Part shown: piece by piece, positions 1 through 7,371 of the stretch
Numbering within the stretch: position 1 is the stretch's first letter
Layout of the letters: every line of letters starts with the position of its first letter
Assembly (NCBI GenBank): GCA_036479435.1
Contig: JAZGFI010000097.1
Coordinates: 1 to 31,202, forward strand
From: Planctomycetota bacterium
GTDB lineage: Bacteria; Planctomycetota; GCA-002687715; DRQF01
DNA length: 31,202 bases
Direction of reading: 5' to 3'
Program-made: the position numbers and the translations under genes
Notes under the pieces: generated by a model
What the model was told of the DNA's origin: nothing
What the model saw: only the letters and a program-made list of their open reading frames with translations
The model's database searches: none

Positions 1-121
1 CTTGCTCAGACTAGTCTCGGCGATGCTCGCTGAGAAAAGCGAGGAATGGGAGACCGGGACAATCTATTTGGCGATGGGATCGGAATGACTCGCTCGTGGA
101 AATTACAGAAGAAATGTTGCG

Positions 122-1000
122 TCATCCCTCCCGAAATTTGCCCTTGCCGTCGCCGATGAACAAGAAGTCGCTTTGCGCGTAGTGTGCCTCTGGATCGATG
201 TCGACGATGTTGTCGGTGATGTGGCCGTTTGCAACAAAGACATCGAGGTTTCCGTCATTGTTGTAGTCAAAAGCCCGCGCGCCAAACCCCACGTAGGAAT
301 TGGAGTTCGCTCCCATTCCGCTACTGCGGGCCTTCTCTTCAAAGACCCCGTCACCCGTATTCATGAACACATTATTGAGTTCATTGTTTAGGTTCGTCAC
401 GATGATATCGAGGTGGCCATCACCGTTGAGATCGGCGAAGTCCGTGCCCATGCCCGCCTCCGCAACCCCAGACTCATTGTAAGCGGTTCCGGATTCGGCA
501 CCGACTTCCTCAAATCCTCTTCCGCCTCGATTGCGAAACAGGAAATTGGCTGCCTCATCGTTCGCGACGTACACATCGGGCCACACGTCGTTGTCGAAAT
601 CGCCAATAGCTACGCCCAGTCCTCTCCGCGGTGACGTCCGTGAAAGAACCGCGGGTTCTCTGTAGGTGCAAGCGATTCGTAACGCCTTCAGTGTCACTAG
701 GGTTTGCCAGCGACACTTGATTTACGATGTAGACATCCAAGCGACCATCGCCATCGAAATCCGCCAAAGCGCCGCCCGAACCCAGAGATTCTGGCAAGTA
801 CTTTTTAGCGCTGGAACCGCTGACGTGTTTACGGGCCATGCCACAGTCCTTGGCGATATCGCTAAACCACTTGCCATTTGGGGAGCTGGAGTCTTGCCTT
901 GGCCGTTCTCCACCGATTCGGATGAGCCGCCAGAAGAATTCGATGGGGAACAGGTGACGCTAACCACAATGGCCGCAGCGAGGAGAATCCGAGTGAGCAT
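122..1000 (-). pseudogene. Disrupted CRTAC1-family (FG-GAP repeat / ASPIC-UnbV type) exported protein
   Basis: Family motifs are split across frames. The signal peptide (MLTRILLAAAIVVSVTC) is in frame 722..1000. WFSDIAKDCG..HVSG..KKYLPESLGSGGALADFDGDGRLDVYIVN..NRL..FTDVT is in frame 555..839. GLGVAIGDFDND..DVYVAND..NFLFRN..GMGTDFADLNGDGHLD..FDYNNDGNLDVFVANGH is in frame 122..697. There is a frameshift between about 960 and 870, an apparent out-of-frame internal deletion near 625, and a stop at 122 before any ASPIC/UnbV C-terminus. Confidence 0.8.
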
Positions 1001-2307
1001 TAGTTGCTTTCCTTGTTCTCGCCGGCCTCGATCGCCGCTCGACTTCGATACAGTTTTTCTCGGCCGGGCAGATTCAGTGCCTTCGCGGTGTCAGCAAGAA
1101 GAGCGGCCAAGCCCGGGAAATTGGGATCAAGCTGTTCTAGCAACAGCAGTTTCGAAAGCGCTTCCTTGGGCCGGCCCAGCAGCAGCAACAGCTGGCCGTT
1201 GGCGACCCAGTTCTTGAGGATCTTGGGGTTGTTGGCCACAGAAAGCTCGGCGCTGCGGAGTTTTTGGTGCAGCGGCTGGATTCTCTTGTGAAAGGCAAAT
1301 GCTGCTTTCGCTTCTGGCTTGAGTTTCAGCCGCTGCAAAGTTTGGCCCAACTTGTACCAAGCGTTCTGATGGAATGGGTCGATTGCGATGGCCTTGTCGA
1401 GGTGAACCCGTGCCGGCTGGTAGCGCTTTTCCCGGCAGGCGATGAGGCCCAAGGAATAGCGGGCCGTGGATTGAGCCGCGCGGTCCCCAGCTTTGGACTT
1501 GATTGACGGAGCCCCAAGCGCTTGTTGGTAGAGCGCCTTTGCCCGCACAAAATCGTCGCGTTCGTAGGCCAATCGCGCCAACTCATTGAGCGCCTCGGCG
1601 CGCACAAATCCGCCGTCTACTGTCTCCTGAAGCATCTTCTCGCCCCGCTCTAGTGACGAAGCCATCACTAAGGAAGCGGCCAACTGATAGAGCAGACGGG
1701 GTCGCTTCGGATCTTTCGGTGGCAGACTTGCAACCAGGACCTCGAGGTGTTGGGCGGCGACGGCGTGCCGTTGGCGTCCAAATTCAACAATCGCAAGGTA
1801 CTCCAGGCCTTCGGGAAGTGCTCTCGCGAGCTGGAATTCTGCAAGCGCTTCGGAAATCCTCTGCAAGGCGTAGAGCGCTTTGCCAAGGTGAAGATGGGCG
1901 TCGGGATACTGGGGCGCAATCTGGGTGGCTTTTCTCAAGAAACGAAGGGCTTTAGTGGGCTTCCGGGATCTCAGCATCAAGATCCCAGCACCGAGGTTCC
2001 CGTTCAAGTCGGCGGGATTGCGAACCATCGCGTTCTGAAACTGCGTTCCGGCGGCCCGCGCGTTGGCAAAGGGCGGGTCCATCAAGATCATGCCGAGGAT
2101 TGAGAAAGACTCTGCGGAGGCACCCTTCGATTTCGTGATGCGCTCGAGAATGTTCTTAGCTTCGCGGCGTTTTCCTTCGGCGTATAGAGCCTTGGCTTTT
2201 ACCAGCTCTGTGCTCTGAGCCTGACCCGTTCCCGCTAAAAGCGATAGGCAAACGAAAGCCCCTATCCAGATCCCAAGGCATTTCGGCCGTTTCAACTGCA
2301 CTCTCAT
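1000..2307 (-). CDS. Exported tetratricopeptide-repeat protein
   Basis: N-terminal signal peptide (..LLAGTGQA|Q) and several TPR-like units (PQYPDAHLHLGKALY, ARYSLGLIA, HQNAWYKLGQTL). A strong SD (GGAGGGGGAGG) lies upstream. Its TAA overlaps the ATG of the CRTAC1 remnant (TAATG). Confidence 0.85.
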   Translation of the reverse strand: MRVQLKRPKCLGIWIGAFVCLSLLAGTGQAQSTELVKAKALYAEGKRREAKNILERITKSKGASAESFSILGMILMDPPFANARAAGTQFQNAMVRNPADLNGNLGAGILMLRSRKPTKALRFLRKATQIAPQYPDAHLHLGKALYALQRISEALAEFQLARALPEGLEYLAIVEFGRQRHAVAAQHLEVLVASLPPKDPKRPRLLYQLAASLVMASSLERGEKMLQETVDGGFVRAEALNELARLAYERDDFVRAKALYQQALGAPSIKSKAGDRAAQSTARYSLGLIACREKRYQPARVHLDKAIAIDPFHQNAWYKLGQTLQRLKLKPEAKAAFAFHKRIQPLHQKLRSAELSVANNPKILKNWVANGQLLLLLGRPKEALSKLLLLEQLDPNFPGLAALLADTAKALNLPGREKLYRSRAAIEAGENKESN

Positions 2308-2509
2308 GCCCTCCCCCTCCTAATCGGCATTTGCTGACCCGCCATGGCGGTTAAACTCATCAAACGGCGCTGCCGCAAGCACGCTTCATCATAAGGTAAT
2401 TCTCTCTCTTTCCAGGTCGTGAATTGCCCGGGTAGTCACTGGGTGCCGATCTTGCTCTGGGCGGCGCAAAGGGTGGAATCCAGCCCCACCGAGGCGATAG
2501 ACTCTATCG

Positions 2510-3475
2510 ATGACTGACGACCGAGGATACTACGCCAAGCACTTGGGAGACCTGGACAAAAGGCTCCGGGACGCGCTAGGCGACACGTCGTTGCGGGCGG
2601 TTCACCAACGAGAAGCATGGCGACATGCCTTGATTGCGCTGCGCCATGGGGGTCTTTTTGCGCTGGTCGCCTACGGGCTGTTTCAGATCGGGAACCCTTG
2701 GATTTGGATTCCGCTTGCCGCTTTACAGGGTTTTCAGATTCTCGGCTTCATCATCTTGCTCCACGAGGTCATCCACGGGGTGGTCAGCGCAAGACCTTTA
2801 TCTGGAGCGGCCAAGCGAGTCTTGGCGGCCCTTTATGCCCTGCCTAGTGCCATTGCCCCTTCTCAGTTCGAGCGTTGGCACTTGGATCATCACCGCGGTC
2901 TGGGCAGCGACAGCGAAGACCCCAAGCGGGCTCAGCTCTCGCCAAAAAGGAATGCGCGCTGGCTGAAGCTGCTCTACTTCACTCCGGCTTTGTTTGTCAT
3001 CTATGCTAAAGCCGCGGCGCGAGCCGCGAAGGACTACAGCCCGGGTCTAAGACGGCGGATCTTATTCGAGCGCCTGTTTGCGATCGTCATTCACTTAGGC
3101 GTTGGGATCGCGCTTTGGAAGGTCGGCCCCGAGGTCTTACTGCGCGTTTATTTGGCACCGCTCTTCGTCTTTTTCCCGGCCGCCTTTTTCTTGAACCGCC
3201 TCGGCCAACACTACGACGTGGACGCCAGCAAGGTCGAAGCCTGGAGTACGCGGGTCGATGGCAATCCGCTGGTGAGGTTTTTGTTTTTGGCTTCCAACCA
3301 TCACATCGAGCATCACTATTATCCTGGCGTGCCGCTGTACCATTTGGCGGCGCTCAATTCTGCCTTGCGCCCCTTCTTTGATCAGCAGGGCATACGCAAC
3401 CGCGGCTACCTTTCTCTGCTTAAAGGTTGGCTGATTGACAATCACAAACCGCACAGCGACTGGCGCGAGAACTAA
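2510..3475 (+). CDS. Membrane-bound fatty acid desaturase/hydroxylase superfamily protein
   Basis: Three His boxes (HEVIH, HLDHH, HHIEHH) with hydrophobic segments between them. Confidence 0.9.
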   Translation: MTDDRGYYAKHLGDLDKRLRDALGDTSLRAVHQREAWRHALIALRHGGLFALVAYGLFQIGNPWIWIPLAALQGFQILGFIILLHEVIHGVVSARPLSGAAKRVLAALYALPSAIAPSQFERWHLDHHRGLGSDSEDPKRAQLSPKRNARWLKLLYFTPALFVIYAKAAARAAKDYSPGLRRRILFERLFAIVIHLGVGIALWKVGPEVLLRVYLAPLFVFFPAAFFLNRLGQHYDVDASKVEAWSTRVDGNPLVRFLFLASNHHIEHHYYPGVPLYHLAALNSALRPFFDQQGIRNRGYLSLLKGWLIDNHKPHSDWREN

Positions 3476-3488
3476 ACCGACTGTCGAT

Positions 3489-4466
3489 CTAGTCGGTCGG
3501 GATCAGGTAGACAATCACGAGGCCGACTTGGGCCACGATCATGAGCCCGTACATGTGCGTCCAAGAGGGGTGGTTTTTCTCTTGCGCCAAAGCATCGGGG
3601 TCGCGAAGAATCAGACTAGCCGTAAAGGCGCCGTAGGCTGCCAAGACGAAAGCCAAAGCCACGAGCCCGGGCAAGGACGCCGAGAGCAGCGGATTGTTGC
3701 CCAGCGCACCCAGCGGCAGCAACAGCCAAGGCAAAACGAAAAAGGGTGCCATGATCTGCGCGGCCTTTTTCGTGCCAAAGCGCAGCGGCCAAGTTCGGCA
3801 ACCGGCGGCGCGGTCACCGTCCATGTCGGCAAAGTCTTTAGTCGCCGTCGCGCCAAACAGAAACAAAGCGATCACCCCGCCTAAGTACCAGGGTTCGGCG
3901 TCGTCCAAGACTCCCGCTACGCAAGACCAACCCGCGACTTTCAGCAGACAACCGCGTGCGATGGCGATGGTCAGGTTGGCCCAAGTCCCAAAGCGCTTGG
4001 TCCGCACCGGTGGGACCGAGTAGGCCAAGGTCAGTAGCAAACCGGCAAGCACTACGATCAAAGTGTGCCAGCGACCCTCGGGGCGGATGGCGGCGGCCAG
4101 CCCCAAAGCCAGAGCGTAGAACAAGGCAACTAGAACAAAGATCTCTCGCAAGGTCACTTCGCCGCGAGGTAAAGGCCGATGCGGCTTGTTGATCTTGTCG
4201 TTGGCGAGGTCCGTCCATTGATTGAGGATGTTGGAGCCGACGTTGAGTGCTGCCGCCAAAAAGGCCCCCATCAGCACGTTCCCCAACAGCTCTCCTGGCT
4301 GTAGTCGCGCCAAGGCCTCGCCCAGAGTTACGCCAAGACTTGCGCCGTCGTGACGTCCTAAGACCAAAAGGGCCGTCAAAGCCCCACTCACCATGCCGAG
4401 CATCGGGGCGAGGAGCGTAAAGGGTCGGGCGAGGCGTCGGTAAATTCTCAAGCGGGCGAGGAGCAA
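3489..4466 (-). CDS. UbiA-family prenyltransferase, homogentisate phytyl/solanesyl-transferase-like
   Basis: Asp-rich motifs LNQWTDLANDKINKPHRPLPRG and KDFADMDGD, the YSVPPVRTKRF motif, and many TM segments. The TTG start is 3 nt after the DUF92 stop. Confidence 0.88.
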   Translation of the reverse strand: MLLARLRIYRRLARPFTLLAPMLGMVSGALTALLVLGRHDGASLGVTLGEALARLQPGELLGNVLMGAFLAAALNVGSNILNQWTDLANDKINKPHRPLPRGEVTLREIFVLVALFYALALGLAAAIRPEGRWHTLIVVLAGLLLTLAYSVPPVRTKRFGTWANLTIAIARGCLLKVAGWSCVAGVLDDAEPWYLGGVIALFLFGATATKDFADMDGDRAAGCRTWPLRFGTKKAAQIMAPFFVLPWLLLPLGALGNNPLLSASLPGLVALAFVLAAYGAFTASLILRDPDALAQEKNHPSWTHMYGLMIVAQVGLVIVYLIPTD

Positions 4467-4469
4467 GGC

Positions 4470-5174
4470 TTAGATCCAAAACGCCGCCGCGCCGGCGAGG
4501 GTCGCGCCAACGAGCGTGTTGATGAAATTGAGGCAAGCGTTGCGCCTCAGAAAGCCGGGTAAGTCCAAGACCCCTAGGACGCTCTCTAACCAAGATCCCA
4601 TTCCGGCGGCGAGGGGCAAGATCCAAAACGCAGACCAGGGCAAAAGGCCGGTCAACACTGCAAGAGCCGCCATGAGCCCTGCCGCGACCAGGCCAGCCAC
4701 CGTACCGGCGGCAGAAATCGCGCCCTCAAAGCCCGCGGCGAGGGGCCGAAGAGTCAAAGGATGCCGCGCGCGAGGCGCCAAGAGCGGTCCAAGTTCACTG
4801 GCGGTGGTATCGGCAAGGGCCGTCGCCAAAGCCCCGGCAAACGCGAATACCGGCCAAGCTGAGGGAATTCGCAAGGTGAAGAAAGCCGCGGCGAGAGCGA
4901 TGCCGGTGTTAGCTAGGGCCTCGGGCCAGCCGCGACGCCCGCCTTCAGCCTGAGCGGTCCCCATCGCCTTTTTTTTGTGGTACCCGCAAGAACTCAACAG
5001 CGAGCCCCCGGCGACAAAGAACAAAAACAGAATCCAGCCCGACGCGCCCAAGAGTCCCCAGATCAGCGTGCCGATGAGAACGCCAGACAAAAAACCGCTG
5101 GGCTTAAGGGCTCCACCACGAAAAGCTGCGAAGCCCGCCACCAGGTTTAGGGCGAGGCCGATGAGCCAACTCAC
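4470..5174 (-). CDS. DUF92 (TMEM19/VTE6-family) membrane protein, putative prenyl-phosphate kinase
   Basis: DUF92 motifs GGRRGWPEALAN, ALADTTASELG, GFEGAISAAGT, LESVLG and NACLNFINT. The start is taken as GTG 5174 (GTGA overlap with the upstream stop); 5198 is an alternative. Confidence 0.85.
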   Translation of the reverse strand: MSWLIGLALNLVAGFAAFRGGALKPSGFLSGVLIGTLIWGLLGASGWILFLFFVAGGSLLSSCGYHKKKAMGTAQAEGGRRGWPEALANTGIALAAAFFTLRIPSAWPVFAFAGALATALADTTASELGPLLAPRARHPLTLRPLAAGFEGAISAAGTVAGLVAAGLMAALAVLTGLLPWSAFWILPLAAGMGSWLESVLGVLDLPGFLRRNACLNFINTLVGATLAGAAAFWI

Positions 5175-5785
5175 ATCCACACCGTTTTCGTGCTCCACGC
5201 AATCATGAAGCCGAGGCTAGCTCCCACCACCACGCGGAGGTTGTCGTTGTCGTAGGGTTTTGAGATCCCAAGACCACAGCTAATGCCTTCCGCTAACGCG
5301 CCGCCAACAGTCGCGGCTCCCGCCAGCCACAGGGCCTGATCGCTCAAGGTCCCGCCGTAACACAACAGCCCATAAGCTGCCGGGAACCCGAAAAGAAAAA
5401 ACGACAAACTTCCCGCGTAAGTCTTAGACTTCGCCCCTGGCAACTTGGGTCCTCCGATCGCTCGCCCCAGGATGCTGGCAACAACATCCCCCACCGCCAG
5501 AACCGCCCAAACCGCCAACGCTGCGCTAGGGTACGGAAGCCATAAAATGACGAGAAGAATCGACAGGGGGTAAAGGATGATGCCACCGGTCAGAGATTCG
5601 CCCGCTCGAAAAAAACGCCCGCTTCGGTCCCAGCGCCGCCACACGAGATTCCCAGCTAATGCAGCCCCGGCCATCGCCGCGGCTTCGTAGCGCGTCAGCA
5701 TCGGGAGCAGAAAAGCCGGCGACAAGGCGGCGAGGTGCAGGAGTTTTCGGGGCCATTCGTAAAAGCCCTTGGACTTCGAACTCAC
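5171..5785 (-). CDS. CTP-dependent prenol/phytol/dolichol kinase family (VTE5/SEC59-like)
   Basis: Motifs RKLLH, LAVGDVVASILGR, KSKTYAGS and AE..DNDNL. The start is re-called to GTG 5785, which overlaps the TGA of the TPR gene. The longer ORF to 5968 lies inside the TPR gene. Confidence 0.82.
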   Translation of the reverse strand: MSSKSKGFYEWPRKLLHLAALSPAFLLPMLTRYEAAAMAGAALAGNLVWRRWDRSGRFFRAGESLTGGIILYPLSILLVILWLPYPSAALAVWAVLAVGDVVASILGRAIGGPKLPGAKSKTYAGSLSFFLFGFPAAYGLLCYGGTLSDQALWLAGAATVGGALAEGISCGLGISKPYDNDNLRVVVGASLGFMIAWSTKTVWM

Positions 5786-6735
5786 CGTGGCAACCCGGGC
5801 CTGGGGCTCGCGGAGTTTCTCTTCATCTCCGCCAGCCGCCGCCGAATCTTGGCTCGCATGGCTGCGTGCTTTTTGTCTTTGCCCAATTTCTGCAAGATGC
5901 TGTGGACGCTCTTTCTTGCACTCGGATGACGCGGAGCGGTCTTGAGCCCCGCCTCGATGTAGGCCCAAGCCTCGTCAAAACGATGTGCCCTAAGCGACTT
6001 GAAGGCCAAGGCGAGCAGAGAGAACAGGCGTTTCTCGGCTCGCAGCCTTGCGCTCTGCGCGGCTTCCGCCTCCCGCCATTTCGCCAAGCAGGCTTTTGCC
6101 TGAACTCGATTTTTCGCGCGAGCGTAGTTCCTGGACAAAAGGAAAAGGGATCGCACGCGCCGCGGCTCTGCTTTGAGAATGGACAACAGGCTCTTTTCGG
6201 CTTGTGGCCATTTTCCCGCTCGAGAATCTAGCGCAGCGATCTCTTCCCTCGCCCCGGTAAGCGCCGGGCTTAGCTTCAGACTGCGTTCAAAATCGCTACG
6301 CGCATCAAGGGTCTTCCCAAGACCTAATCGAGTGCGGCCCCGGTGAAGCCAGGCCTCGGCATTGTTCGGAGCCAGCTCGACCGCGCGTTGCAAGGCAAGG
6401 TTAGCTGCCTCAGGCTGTGAATGAGCTTCCAATGTAATGCCGTAGTGCAAGTAGACTTGAGCGTTGACATCCGAGGCCTTCAGGGCGCGCTCAAAATTTT
6501 TGAGAGCCGAGGGTAGCCGTGCCGTGCGCACTTGGCAGAGAGCGAGGCCAAAGTGTCCTCTGGCCGACTGGGGATTTGCCTTAGCGACGCGCGCAAAGTG
6601 CAGCTCCGCGTCGAAGAATTGACCATCGCGAAAAGCCGTGGTCGCCCGCGTGTAGTCTTGATGAGACCTTTGCCCGAACAGGAGCCCCGCTCCGAACAGC
6701 AAGAGAATCAGCAACTGCCCGAAGCGCAGGATCAC
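5782..6735 (-). CDS. Exported tetratricopeptide-repeat protein
   Basis: TPR units (PQSARGHFGLALC, NAQVYLHYG, PNNAEAWLHRGR). The start is re-called to GTG 6735 (in frame, gives signal peptide MILRFGQLLILLLFGAGLLFG|Q, avoids overlap with the FHA gene). Confidence 0.8.
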   Translation of the reverse strand: MILRFGQLLILLLFGAGLLFGQRSHQDYTRATTAFRDGQFFDAELHFARVAKANPQSARGHFGLALCQVRTARLPSALKNFERALKASDVNAQVYLHYGITLEAHSQPEAANLALQRAVELAPNNAEAWLHRGRTRLGLGKTLDARSDFERSLKLSPALTGAREEIAALDSRAGKWPQAEKSLLSILKAEPRRVRSLFLLSRNYARAKNRVQAKACLAKWREAEAAQSARLRAEKRLFSLLALAFKSLRAHRFDEAWAYIEAGLKTAPRHPSARKSVHSILQKLGKDKKHAAMRAKIRRRLAEMKRNSASPRPGLPR

Positions 6736-6757
6736 GGTGTTTTTTCCGGCGAGGAAG

Positions 6758-7222
6758 TCAGACCGACGAAATCGAGTGAGAGACACTCGAGACGCTACCG
6801 GCAGCGGCGCGACCGTCGGTCGGGCGAAACTCAACGACCTCACCGTCCCCGAATTCAACGACGACGCCTTCGATGCGCGAACGAAAATCCGTGATCATGC
6901 GGCGGTCGATTCGAAAGCCATCGACGACGGTTCCGTTGGTGGAGAGGTCTTCAATCTCAAGATGGTTGGGACTCAGCAAGCTAACCTTGATGTGCTGCCG
7001 ACTAATCTTGCGATAGCTGCTGTGCTGCTCCAAGGCGTCTTTCCCGAGACGAAGACAGGCAGCGCTGCGGGCCACCGAAAGGCCACAGGTTCGAGAGCGC
7101 CCGATAACGAGGCTCTGCCCGACGCAAATTTGCGCATTCTCGCCACGAAACAGGCCCGCTTGCCCCAAAGCCTCGGCCCCGGTGCGCGTGTCGTAAGGTT
7201 GATCTTCGATATCCATGGGCAT
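6758..7222 (-). CDS. Stand-alone FHA-domain protein
   Basis: FHA signature VIGRS ... ISRQH ... EDLSTNGTVVDG. A GAGGGG SD lies upstream. Confidence 0.85.
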   Translation of the reverse strand: MPMDIEDQPYDTRTGAEALGQAGLFRGENAQICVGQSLVIGRSRTCGLSVARSAACLRLGKDALEQHSSYRKISRQHIKVSLLSPNHLEIEDLSTNGTVVDGFRIDRRMITDFRSRIEGVVVEFGDGEVVEFRPTDGRAAAGSVSSVSHSISSV

Positions 7223-7371
7223 CCCCTCGTCTTGTCTGCCAGATTATCGGGAATTCACCCGTCTCGTCGCAAGTAGGGAACTCGAGCATCGCCGTTTTTT
7301 TTGCGAACAACCCACCGCAAGCACATGGCTAGACTGAGTTTATCCGCGATCGCCACCCGGAGTCAACCGCC

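Noticed and set aside
1..124. Readthrough of the TGA at 122..124 of the CRTAC1 remnant
   Set aside because: The downstream frame (RNISSVISTSESF...) has no FG-GAP/UnbV similarity and the position is not a Cys site.
5786..5968. N-terminal extension of the prenol kinase ORF
   Set aside because: It lies within the TPR gene. The GTG at 5785 overlapping the TPR stop is the more plausible start.
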